Origin: Girardia tigrina
Lineage: Eukaryota
Assembly: GCA_001938485.1 (NCBI GenBank)
Contig: MQRK01216544.1
Span: 28,637-83,313 of the forward strand
Reading direction: 5' to 3'
Length of the DNA: 54,677 nt
Of the stretch, positions 36,620 through 48,915 are shown piece after piece (position 1 is the stretch's first letter; each line of letters begins with the position of its first letter). Below the pieces are notes generated by a model that saw only the letters and a program-made list of their open reading frames with translations, ran no database searches and was not told where the DNA came from. A program made the translations under genes and the position numbers.

Positions 36620-37740
36620 TAATTTGTTGCTTGCATACATTTTTAGTAACCAATTATCTATGATACCCTGAGCTGTTCCGATTTTTCATTTGCCATTTCT
36701 TTCCTCAATAATTACTCCTATTACATTTGCAGGATCACTTTTACCTCTATCAAATGAACTAATATTAATGAGAGCATTTTTTCTTACTCTAAAAGAACGT
36801 AACTTTCGATTTGATCTTTTAATCATTTTAGAAGCTTGATTTAATAAATTTGCATTTTCTCTAAATTTCTTAGATGGTGGACAATTATTTTCAACTGTTA
36901 TAGATGTTTCATTGACTTACTCAATTTCTGGAGTGAATTCATTCGTTATAGTTTCCTCATCTCTTGTAAAATGTCAGGATGAGAAGGTAAATCCACATCT
37001 TTATTAATTTGTCAATATCGTGCTGTGTAATATTTAGAACATTCTCTTTTTCATTATTTATTAAATCTTCAAAATCTTTTTACAGAAATACCATTTGCTA
37101 TTTTCCTTATAAAACCAAGCAGAACTATAGGTGATGAAGTCATTTTATCTTTCTGACTAAACATAAAAGTGTGGCATCCATTCTGATAGCTTCGTGGTAA
37201 GTGATATTCATACCCATTGAATGATATGAAGCCCATGTATCCATGAACTAGTCTTATGATCAAGAATTCAAGTATTAAAAAATTATTCAATATAGAGTTA
37301 CTACGTTCTACTTAACTCTAACTTTGAGTATGTACTAGTATGTGGTCTACCATTAACAAGAATTAAATTGGGCCACATATATCTAAGTTCTTTTTATGAT
37401 AGTAGCCGTTAATTCTTAAATACGTGGGATATCAAAATCTATAAATATGCAACTTCCATAGTTCTTTTTGAAGTCAAGTGTCTTAAAAAACTATATTTGG
37501 TCAAATATTACTTATACGGCAATATAAATCGGTAATTTCCAAAAGGTAAACTGAAAGTAAACTAAACCCACCTTTCATCTATGATTTAGATCATACGTTA
37601 CAATAGGACAAATTAAAATTCGAGTTTCTGATAGTTTGTTTGGTTTTCTCGTACACCTTTCACATTGTGCAATACATTTTATTAATTGTAGCCATCGATA
37701 TATTTGTATACCGTTTGGATAACATAGTGGTATTTTATTT
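36620..37740 (-). pseudogene. Decayed Ginger2/SCAND3-KRBA2-type integrase-like transposase
   Basis: Fragments LRHLTSKRTMEVAY, MWPNLILVNGRPH...VERSNS and DRGKSDPANVIGVII...KIGTAQGII. Confidence 0.5.
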
Positions 37741-37759
37741 TTAAAAATAAAAACATGTC

Positions 37760-38300
37760 ATTTAAAGAAAATCTTTTTATTTTTAACCACAATTAATTTC
37801 GACGGTATAACCGTCATTATAAAGAAATTATGAATTTAAAATCTGTTTAAATAGATAAGCAATAATTACGAAATCAATGAATAATTGTGCCATATAAACA
37901 TACTTAATACGGTTTTTGAGAGACCCGTTTGTACATTAATCTTAGGACTTACAGATCTCACAGGCCACTCTCTTCCAATAATTATTATATTGACAACACA
38001 TAATTTAAAAAAAATATTAATATTTATAAATTCAATCGAATTTCAAACTTTGTGTGTTCTGCAACAGTACTTCCACCAACATTATAACTATACTCTTGAA
38101 TTATTTTAAAGAGATGACGTGACATCTCTCCAATGTATGTGGTATTGTACCAATTATGTGTAAATTGATATACGAGAATCGATTACAATTCAAATGGGGT
38201 TGGAGATTTTTTACAAATTAAATTTTGGATTTTATATGTTTGCAATATTATTTTTACGTTAAAGGCATTATTTATACATTTTAAAATTGAACTTTAAATT
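37760..38300 (-). mobile_element. Second, more decayed Penelope-like remnant
   Basis: VYQFTHNWYNTTYIGEMSRHL. Degenerate hammerhead copy at ~37791-37825 (GACGG-TTATA-CCGTC-GAAA retained, CUGAUGA mutated). Confidence 0.7.
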
Positions 38301-38371
38301 GACCAAATCTTTCGGAATATGAAAAATTCAAAACGTATTTTAAAATCGGTTAATTTTTAAAACATGTATAT

Positions 38372-39420
38372 TGTGAGACGTGGTTGCAACATCAATATCC
38401 GAATTCATTTTTTTTAACACCAAACTTTATTTATATAACAACAATTCACATATTTAAAACAAATTTTTCGGTTAATTTAATTATCTCGCCCCATATAAAT
38501 CTATTAAATTCTTTTCGATTCAATTTTTAAAATCTTGCAAATTTATTAAATACATTTCACATTAAAACTAAAAATTCTTGCAAATTTATTAAATACATTT
38601 CACATTAAAACCAAAAATTTATTTTAAAATTTATTTAAATTGCTTAATACTTCTATTAAAATATATAAATTGTTTTGACAATAAAAATATTTTTATTTAT
38701 AAATAAATATTTAATGGTTTTCTTATCATTTTTGCCTTGCTTCTGTTCATATCTTTATGTTTCTATGCTTCATTTTGTTTTTGGTCATCTGTTATTTTAT
38801 CTCCAAATTTTGCTTCTAGTTCATAAATTAGGTGTATTCTATAAAACTCATCCTTTTCTCTTTCTATTGTCGTTAGCCAACGATATCCTATACAGAAACA
38901 CTGCTGTTAAGGTACAATTCTTATCATTTGAGGTCTTAGTTGTTCTATCACTACAAATTTTTTATTTTTTGTAGTCTTTTCTACCTTAAATATAACTTCC
39001 AACTCTCCCACGACATTCATCTGTGTGCCGTTTGCTGCTGTCAATCTTTGATTAGTACTGTTAATCGTTGCTGCCTAGAAATTTCTTGCTAATTCTGCTG
39101 TTATCACACTCATAGCAGCTCCTGTATCAAGCAAACATTCGATTTCTTCTTTTTCTATAATTACTGTTATACTGGAACGTCCCTGAAGTCTGTCATACGA
39201 AATTTTCCCCTGTTTATCTTCCAACGCCATAATAATCATTGCATCACCTGTTTGTGTCTCTACTGATGAATTCTTCATCCATCATACTCGTCTCCATTAG
39301 TTGAAGGTTTTCGTAAATACTTTCCTCTCTAAATTGACACCTCGTCGATCCTTTTTCGTCTTTTTCATTTTCATCCTCTCTATTTACTGCTTCTTGTTTC
39401 TTTTCTTTCATAATGTCATT
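38372..39420 (-). mobile_element. Gypsy LTR fragment (38372-38732) abutting a protease remnant
   Basis: 38372-38732 is highly similar to 51010-51325. ISYDRLQGRSSI...CLLDTGAAMSVI parallels the protease at 49463-49885. Confidence 0.75.
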
Positions 39421-39971
39421 ATCTAAATTTTTTGTTAGTTTACTATTTTAATTCAAAATAATCTTTTTTAAAACTATTTAAATTTTGATCAGCGAACCAA
39501 ACATTAATTACCTCCTCATAATTAACAATTTAATTACATCTTCATAATTTTAGTAATTTATTTTTTCAAAAATTACATATTTAATTATAAATAAATTTTA
39601 ATTTGTACATATTTCATTTAATCTTCTTTTGAAAATTTTCCTAGCATTTTAAATTCCTAACAAAAATAATTTTTTTATCTACTAAATTAATTTATTCCTT
39701 TAATTGATTAAATATCCCTATTTTGAGAGCCTCTTGTTTACCACTAAAGTCCTTGAAACAAGTTCTTCGTTATTTATAAAACTTCGGTATTATTTATGTA
39801 AATTAAGTTCCCACTTGTTAACTCCAGATTTGTATTATTATTAAATTAAATAGTTAGCATCGTGAATCAAAAGCTGTAATTCATTTAATGATAATAGATT
39901 ATGATCATATAAAACATAAAAACTTCAATAAAGTATCGAAATTTGAAAAGTTAAATGAATTATAATTACAG

Positions 39972-40166
39972 ATGATATGGTCTTTTGTCAATATAGAGAA
40001 CCAGGGGTCGCCCTATGGAGACACTACAATATTGAGGATATGATAAATCAGTGCTTTGCAAACAAGGATGATTTAAATAAAGGAAGACAAATGCCAGTTC
40101 ATTATGGAAGCAAAAGAGCGAGTTATTTTAGTATCAGTCCATGTCTTGGAACTCAGTTACCACAAT
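39972..40166 (+). CDS. BCKDHA: BCKDHA-like exon 4
   Basis: DMVFCQYREPGV...KGRQMPVHYG...ISPCLGTQLPQ. Acceptor acag, donor gtatga. Confidence 0.93.
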
Positions 40167-40419
40167 GTATGATTGTTAAATGATTGTTTATTGATTAAAA
40201 TTAAGAAAAAAATTTGAAGTAAAGAATTTTAAAGAAATTATTACTATTAAAGCAAATTTGTTGCTGATGTAATTTAATTTAAATTAATGATGCTTCAATA
40301 TCTTTAAAAGATGTTTTTAAAAAATATCTAGCAGCATATAGTAAAAACATTTCATTATTATAAATTAAATATCAATAAAAATAAATAAATAATCTTACGA
40401 AAAAACCAATGATGATATA

Positions 40420-41641
40420 TTAAGTCGTCAAGTACAAAATTTGTAGAACTAAAGTCAAAGTTTATTAATAATTTACCAATACAAATATTTATGTCAATCA
40501 TCAAAGTATTCACCCATATTATCGACACACCTTTGGCATTTGAGCGGCAGCTGTTTGTGGCCATTTGAATAAAAATTTAGGGGACACGAATCTATAAATT
40601 CCTGGAAGGACATTTTTACAGCATCTTATGAATGAATTTTTTCTATTAAAAAGTGGTTTAAATGAAGAAAGAAATATTAGTGAGTTAGGTCTGGTTAGAA
40701 TGGAGGATGAGGCAGAAGTTCTAACTCAAGTTCTTGTAGTTTTATCACAATATTAAGAGAATTATGTGATTTTGCATTGTCGTGGAGCAAGATGGAAGAC
40801 GACCTGCTTACCAAATGCGGTTGTTTTTCTTTCAGTTTATGTATCATATCTTCCAATTGGTTGCAGTAGACATCCACTGTGATCGATGAACCAGGTTTTA
40901 TGAAGCTATAATAGATGAATTTTGCTACAGACCACCAGACACTCACAATAAGCTTCTTTTGAGGAATTTTGTGCTTTGAACTATGTTTTAGAGCTTCATT
41001 CTTGTCCAAGCAGCATGCTAAACATTAGAGATTATCACATTGAATTCGTTTTTCATCCAAAGTGACGATTCGATGCAAAAAGTGATGATATTTATTACGA
41101 AAAAGCATAATCAAGATTGTCTCTAAACACCGCTCTTCAATCAACTCATGTGAAATCCACTTATTCAACTTTACCAATTTGAGCCAAGTGATTCAATTTT
41201 GTTTGTTTTGAAACAGCAAACGTTAGCGATAAACCATGAGCACTTTGGGATGGATCAAACTCCACAGTTACAGTCAGTTTTTCATTGTCTAACTGTGTTT
41301 CTTGGCGACATCATGACTCACTATTGAGGTTAAAATTACCTTTCACGAATTTACTGAACCAATTTTAGGCTGTCTGCTACGTAGTAGCATTATATACAAA
41401 TACACTATTGATATTTCACATGGTTTATTATGCTGAAGTTGCATGTAGGAACTCACACTTAATAATAGTCCGAATTTCTGCTCTTTCCATTTTTATAATA
41501 TTGATTATTAAAACAAGTTATCAATAATTTGAATTAATTTTTATTGATGTATTCAATAGCCAAGATAAGTAATCATTGTCAAATTATAAATATTTGAATT
41601 TATTATAATCATGTCTACAAATTTCCTACTTGACAACTTAA
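40420..41641 (-). mobile_element. mariner (DD34D), decayed
   Basis: Imperfect TIRs ttaagtcgtcaagta...aaatttgtaga / tctacaaattt...tacttgacaacttaa with TA flanks. Motifs WISHEL, KLIVSVWW, LLHDNAKSH, LPHPPF. Confidence 0.88.
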
Positions 41642-42352
41642 TAAAACAGCTCGTGAACGCAGCGAATCGAAGGATGGATATCCCAATCACACAAAGTCTC
41701 TTTGTTCGAGGAAACAAACGTAATAACCAAACAATTGGTATCGTTATTATTCATATTCAATCAATGAATATTGACACAGGTCTCTAAAGGACAAAGTCTT
41801 TCGCTATTTTTATTTCTCAATATTTCAGTTAATAAGTATGAACTTCTCTCTTTGGCAATTTAGGGATAATATCAAAAAAAGATTTCTGGTTTCTTCTATG
41901 ATTTTCTGTTTACTTATAAAGCTATTCGGTATTAACTGGTTTCAGCAGTAGTTGTTAAAAGTTTGTTGGGAACTTTCTCCAAATTCTCGTTTATTCTGGG
42001 TCTTATAAATTCTTCGTTTTGTAAACACCATATGCAATTAATAATTAAAATTTTTAAATTAATCAATCAATATTTCTTTTTAATTTTATTTGCTATATTT
42101 CAAATAAATATAATTACTCTTATCGTCAATGTTCTTTTCCTCACCATAATTTTTTTAATTAAGGACTAGGGTTATTATTTATTTATTATTTTTTATGAAG
42201 GGTGTTTTTTATTTTTATATTTTCTTCCCCTAATAAGATCACATAACTAAATATACAAATACATTAGTTTACAACAATAAACAGATCACGAAGAATAAAG
42301 TCAATGAAATTTTATTGATCAAATTGATTTGCGTATGTGAGATAAAATTCAT

Positions 42353-43337
42353 TAGGGTGAACCAAAAGTTTTTTAAAATTTTTTATGTTTTTTTCCATTT
42401 TTTTTATTAGCTTACTTTCTATATAGGTATATATAAATATGTATCCATGGAATTTAGAAACCTGTTTTTGAAGGCTTTTTACTCAATCGATTTTCTTCAA
42501 ACTTTGCACACTTACTCATTCCCGATAACAATAAATGATTATGTAAAAATTTGATCGAAAAAAAACTTTTTAAGATCCTAAATCGGGAAAAACGGAAAAT
42601 TTGGAATTACGTAACAATTTTAATTGCAAGATCTATTTATAAATTATCAGTAGTTTATATTAATTTTTAACGTGTTTTTGTAATTAAAATTTTTAAATTT
42701 TAAAAACTTTGTTAGCAAAGTAGAGTTCTGTCTGCATAAAGAATGGATATAAAAATTTCAATTTTTTGATTTACTAATTGTCTATTTGTTTTTCTACTAA
42801 ATAAAGATCTTCCATATCCATGTGTTATATAATATTTTAAAATTCTTGAATTACTCTAGTATAATATATATTACAAAATTTATTCTATTCTTTATTATAT
42901 TTTCGTAACCCCTAGATATATTATGCAAAATAAAAAATTCGTTTCTTTTACGCCTTTATTGAACATAACATAAAAATCTGCGGAGACCAACTTTTGAACT
43001 TGTTCGAGCCGTTCAGGTGTTGTAGATGTAGCTGGGCGCCCTGACCTGGGGAGATCTTTAAGGCTCCCAGTCTGCTGAAATCGCTCAAACACTGCATTTA
43101 TCGTCGTAAACTTAGAAGTGAGGAAGTAAAATGAAAATGCCACTGTATTCATACCTCTTCATAATGCTGAATTTGATAATTTCTCTTATCAAGACGGCGT
43201 CGTGTCAAGATATCATTCATCTGTATACAAATGAGAATAGTCAGTGTTAAAACCTATATATAAATTTCCGCGAAATAAAATGCCTTTCTGGAAAGAGATT
43301 AAAACAAACATCCTCCCATTACTTTTGTAACACCCTA
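42353..43337 (-). mobile_element. Tc1/mariner-family deletion derivative (HTH remnant)
   Basis: Ends tagggtgaaccaaaagt / acttttgtaacacccta. RFQQTGSLKDLPRSGRP at ~43015-43085. Confidence 0.65.
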
Positions 43338-44195
43338 TATTTAATTTAATAATTTTTTTGTAAAGAATAATCTTTTATTTATTTTATCATTAAGTATAGT
43401 AATTTTAATGATAATTACAACATTCCATGAATATAGTTTTTTTCTTTTGCGATGAGAGCGCTAATGTTTTGAAGTTCTGCTTCTGCTGGAAAAAAATCAA
43501 ATTAGTATATTTATTTAAGAATTTTTTACTTAAACGGTGTTTTTTCTGTACGAAAAAGATAGAATTTAAAGGAATGAAAATTATAAATTTGAATTACATT
43601 ACACGATATGTAACAAAGGAAACATACATGATGAATTACTATATCGTTCTTGGTTTTTTATCCAACACTAAGTCAGATAAAGTGTAAATATATATTAATT
43701 AAACTGATGAAAATCGATGACTATTCAAAATCATTTAATTAGAGATTTACTTAGAAATACGGTTACACTAAGTTCATTATGTTTATCTTATTTTAATGGA
43801 TTCAGATTTATAAATTGAAATTCTGAAAGAAGAAAATTGCATTGTAACTTAAGCTAATAAATCAAAAAATTAAATTTTTTATATCCATTCTTTATCCAGG
43901 TAGAACTCTACTTACCAACAAAGTTTTAATTAAAAAAATAATTTAAAAAAAACAATAAAAATTATTATAAACTACTTATAATTTTTAAGTAGATATCTTG
44001 CAATTAATATTGTTCTGAAACTCCGTATTTTTCATTTTATTCCCATTTTTGAACCTTAAAAAGTTTTTTTCGATCAAATTTTAACATAATCATTTATTGT
44101 CGAGAATGAGTAAGTGTGCAAAGTTTGAAGAAAATTGTGCGTTTCATTTGAATCACATAAAGTTATTCTTGAATAACATGAAGATACTCCGATGA

Positions 44196-44524
44196 TTGGT
44201 TCATCCCACATCGCCAGTTCTGCTTACCAAAAATGGCCCACTAGGCATTTGTATTCGATGTACATCTTCAACAAAAATATTAAAGAGAGGCGCACTTCGA
44301 ACCCATTTAAAGTTTGAGAATAAGTTGAGAGCATTTCGCGCCAAATACTTCTAATCATTCGCTTTACCAGGTTCAACTACGGAATCATAAACGCCAGTTA
44401 TCCTGAGGGAAACTTCGGAAGGAACTAGCTACTAGATGGTTCGATTAGTCTTTCGCCCCTATACTCATGTCCGACGATCGATTTGCACGTCAGAACCGCG
44501 GCGGTCCTCCATCAGAGTTTCCGC
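44196..44524 (-). rRNA. Orphan 28S (LSU) rDNA fragment, ~330 bp, probably pseudogenic
   Basis: Reverse complement contains universal LSU blocks CTGACGTGCAAATCG, ATAGGGGCGAAAGACTAATCGAACCATCTAGTAGCT, CCGAAGTTTCCCTCAGGATA and AGTGGGCCATTTTTGGTAAGCAGAACTGGCG. Confidence 0.95.
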
Positions 44525-44836
44525 TGAAAAAGTATTAAAATGTTGCGAAAAATGTTTTTTTAATAAGTAAAGTAGGGAAATATAAGCATAAGTAATCAAA
44601 CTATGTATTATAAGTTCAATTTATATAATTAATCTTTCTGTTAGCGTTTTCAAGAAAAACGCACTAAAACCCTTATCCCTCTCCAAGAAATAAAGAGTTG
44701 ATACTCTTAATCATAAATATCAACAAAAATTAAATAAGTTAATAAAAAATATTATTTTCAATAAAATTACTTTGAAAAAATATTAAAACTTTTTTTATAA
44801 TTTTAAATTAAAATTTTTAAATAACAATAATAACAG

Positions 44837-45043
44837 CTGTTGGATTTGCTTATATGAACAAATTATCAAAGAACAATCAATGTACGATCACCTACTTCGG
44901 AGAAGGGGCTGCTTCAGAAGGGGATGCTCATGCTGCTTTTAACTTTGCTGCAACATTGAAATGTCCCGTAATATTTTTTTGTAGAAATAATGGTTATGCA
45001 ATTTCTACACCAATTTCTGAGCAATATGCAAGTGAAGGAATAG
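44837..45043 (+). CDS. BCKDHA: BCKDHA-like exon 5 (ThDP-binding motif)
   Basis: VGFAY...[40 protein letters not shown]. Acceptor acag, donor gtaatt. Confidence 0.95.
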
Positions 45044-45096
45044 GTAATTAAAGTTTGAATGTGCAAATTTTTAAAGTAACATATGTACAAAAACAG

Positions 45097-45238
45097 CTGT
45101 ACGTGGTCGCAGTTATGGAATGATGGCGATAAAGGTGGATGGAAATGATTCGTTAGCTGTTTATACAGCAACCAAAGAAGCACGAAAGATTTGTGTAGAT
45201 CACAATCTTCCAGTTTTAATTGAAGCAATGACTTACAG
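45097..45238 (+). CDS. BCKDHA: BCKDHA-like exon 6
   Basis: [31 protein letters not shown]...[10 protein letters not shown]. Follows a 53-nt intron. Confidence 0.93.
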
Positions 45239-45278
45239 GTATTCTTATATAATTTAAAAGTTTAAAACATTTAGTCAG

Positions 45279-45450
45279 GGTGGGTAAGCACACGGCTAAT
45301 GAAACTTGTCAAGAATATCGATCAGATGATGAAATAAAATATTGGAAAACGTATCGCGATCCAATTAAAAAATTAAATAATTTTTTAATGACAAAAGGAT
45401 GGTGGAATGAAGAAATGAACCAAACATTTGAAACAGAAACTCAAAAAAAT
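45279..45450 (+). CDS. BCKDHA: BCKDHA-like exon 7 (terminal exon not found in window)
   Basis: VGKHTANETCQEYRSDDEIKYW...DPIKKLNNFLMTKGWWNEE. Follows a 40-nt intron; probable donor gttaat at 45451. Confidence 0.88.
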
Positions 45451-45604
45451 GTTAATAATATTAATTTTATATTTCAATATACATAAATGCTAAGACGTTT
45501 TATCACATTCATAGTAAAAATTTACATTTTACATATAAAGTAATTCAATAGTCGTTTACTAAATCTATTTTGTGAATCCTATAAAGTTACAAACAATTGT
45601 AAGA

Positions 45605-45641
<37 letters not shown>

Positions 45642-46799
45642 AAGATGTATTAGAATTAATTAGATATGGCTAAGATAGATAATTTGCAGCTCGCACAATT
45701 CGTCACTCATTAAATAACAATAGCAAGCCTAACACGTTCCTTATACCAGGAATACTCCAAACCCTTAAGCTTCTACTCGAAAGTAAGACTTTTGTACTTG
45801 ATATTTCCTTGTTAAATTTAAATTTCGACAATATAATTTTGACTAAATGCTAAAAATTAAAAGAAATAAAAAAATAATTCAAAATAACCTTGCCATATTG
45901 TTAGATTCCTTTTAATAAAGATTGGATTATAAGAAGCATCGTTTGACAAGGAAGTAAAATTATCAAAAATTATTTTTATGTTCTTCCGAACAGACAATAA
46001 AAATAACCAACTGAAAGATTAAATTGGATTATGGAGGGTCGATAAATGAGGTCCCACCCGTATTTTCGTTTCGATTCATAAGTGTTGTTTAGGTAATTTT
46101 TAGTAAAAATATAGATTTTATTTTGTATTTTAAAAATTTTTATAATGATATGAAGTACATCTTTCTTTAAAAAGATTTTTTAAATATTTTATGAACTAAT
46201 GTTTCATATCCGTTTAAATATTAAAATTTATTAAATTATTTATTTAAAAATTTAAAAATTTAAAATGGAAATCTATAACCTTCGTCAGTATTTATATAAA
46301 AAAGAATTTTGATAATTTTTATTTAAAATTCCTTTTTTTCCACCATTTTCATCAAAAACCTTAGAAATCTTTGCTTAGCGATCATTTATTGAATTTTATA
46401 AAATTTTTTACTGTTTACAAATATGAAGGACTATTTAAGAAAACAAAAAGAATTCAAAAAGAAAAAAACAAGTCAAATCATTTATTCCGAAACTTCTTTA
46501 TCATTTTTAACATTCGAACTGAATGTTTGTTATAAATAGTACAAAATGTACAAAAACAAGTAATTGACAAATACCTTGTATGTCAGAATATTCATCGAGT
46601 TGTAGAGAAGAAATGATTGTCAAATACTACGATGAGGGCGGTTTTAATTTCATAATGAGAAAGAAGACATAAAATATATATATAATAGTTTATCTAAATA
46701 GGAAGATGTACCTCTCTTAGCACACAAAGTGACTTTCACTCGGCGACACATACTTTGAGGCACACGAGAACAAACGATACGTATGGCAGAGGAGGACAA

Positions 46800-47600
46800 C
46801 CATATTCTCTAACATTTTTCCCCCAATGCCTCTTTGGGAACATTTTGTTTTTGAACCTCACGTTTCAACAGGTTCCAGGCTGTCTCTATCGGATTTATGT
46901 CTGGGCTTTTTCAGGCCCAGACAACCCGGTTTCTCTATTGTCCTCCAAGTGTGATCGTGTTTTTCTTGAGGTTTGGCATGAAGCGTGGTCTTGTTGGAAG
47001 ATCACTCGTCAATGCCATACCAGTTCTCTGCCTGTGGGAGATGACAGGTGTCAATGACTTGATAGTATTGTTGGGATGCAATTAAACCTTCCACCCTGTG
47101 TAGACGTCCAAGTCCTCTGCTGAAGATACATCCCCAGATCATCATTCGAAGAGGATATGCTTGTGCACTTTGCACATGTCCTTCTTTGAACGAAGTTGCT
47201 CCTGCAGCGACCTACTTCCATCATTGTACCACCAGCGATGACATCCTGCAATGAAACCAAATCAAGAGAAGATATTCCATGTTATAAGAATAATAGCATG
47301 TCATTACTGTACTGATTGCATTATTTACCTTGCTCCATTTGTCTGCTGTCCAGTGAGCATTTTAGCTTTGCCTACTGAAGTCGTTGTGCCATCATTCGAT
47401 TTGTGAGCAAGGGAATCCTCTTTGATCGATAGGCAAGTCTTCCTACATGCAAAAAATGCTTTCGAATTCGACGTGCTGATACATTGATGCAGGCTCGCCA
47501 ATCGTTTTTTTCCATTTCCACTGATTTCATTTTCTGATCCATCTTGCTAAGTACGATGATGCGATTCGAAAGTTGCTCTCCAATGAGTTTCATTCTACCA
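46800..47600 (-). pseudogene. Tc1-like transposase remnant
   Basis: VSARRIRKHF...PLLTNRMMAQRL, MIWGC, FQQDHASC, WA*KSPDINPIE. TIRs not identified. Confidence 0.75.
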
Positions 47601-48331
47601 CATATTTAAATACGTATTTGATTTTTTAATAGTTGTATTATTATATCATTTTTTAATTTTAAAATATTTAATAAGTATATTAACATTAAAATATTTTACC
47701 TTTTAAATTAAAAAATATAAATTATTTTGGCGAGATGAAAATTTAAATTAACCCCTCTTTAAGAATTTTCTCAATTTTTTCACGTTTTGATCTAAAATTC
47801 TTCCATCTTCATTTATTAGTTTATACCTTCTGTCGTGTATTTTCTCTACCACTTTATACGGTCCTTCATATTTATCTTTACTCTTTAACCCCGTTTCCAC
47901 CTTGACTAGTACTTCATGTCCAATTTCGAAATTTCTTCTGGTTGTTGTGTCTTCTTTTTCTTGCTGTAACTTTATGTCTTGACTATGCCATCTTTCTCTG
48001 TATATTTTCTTACCGAATATAATTTCCGCTGGGCTCTTACCTATTGTTTTCTGAAAAGTTGTGTTTAATGTGAATTCTATTTCCGGTAGTAGTTCCTCCC
48101 AGTCTGATCCTTTCTTTGTATGTAACGATGCGTTTAAATATTCTCTAATCGTCCGAAATTGTCTTTCTACTATTCCATTCGTGTTATGATGGTACAGACT
48201 CGAGTAACACATTTTTATATTCATTGATTCTGCCATGTCTTTTATTACCTTCGATTCGAATGTCTTGCCACAATCTGTATGTATTTCCTTCGGTGCTACA
48301 AATCTCAAGATCCATTCGGTCATTATGTTAG

Positions 48332-48915
48332 GGTTTCGAAAAATTTATATGAACACTTTTGACAAAATTTTATGTAGAAAAAATTTAAAATAATTCTTTT
48401 GGTAAAATTATTAATTTTAAACAAAATAATATTCAGTTTAACAAAATTTGGAATTTAAAATTAAAAATATTTTAATCTTTGTTTTATTTTATCAATTTTC
48501 AAGGCTGATGAAAATTACTATATAAACAGCAGCAAATTTAGTTTAGTTTGCCCAAAAAATTCTCTAATCAAAAACAAAACCAAGGAAGCAAGTAAACTCG
48601 TTATATAGAATTATTTTTTATTTATTATTTTTTTTAAAATATTCTTCTTTTTTAAACCATAAGTATCCTGTATGGGTGAAAAAGGTTTAACACATTGACT
48701 GCTGTTGACATCATGCACCGAACGTCTGCTACGCGCGCTACGCGTGGGACAAAAAAGTTTACTGCCGCGCGGCAGGCATATCTCATGCGCGCAGCAGAAC
48801 AATAATTACTTAGCGTCTTAGTAATGTAAGCCAAAGTACGAGATATCTCGTACTTAGCGTCTAACTAATGAATATTGAAGTACGAGATATCTCGTACTCA
48901 GCTTTCAATGTGTTA
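48332..48915. mobile_element. Insertion in the element A integrase with piggyBac-MITE-like terminus
   Basis: Integrase frame interrupted between SKQNEITI and NIMTEW. Two gtacgagatatctcgtac palindromes; inverted pair taacacattga (~48688) / tcaatgtgtta (~48905-48915). Confidence 0.55.

Noticed and set aside
45500-46700. Terminal BCKDHA exon
   Set aside because: No frame resembling the conserved C-terminal LFSDVY-type motif was found; presumed to lie beyond the window.
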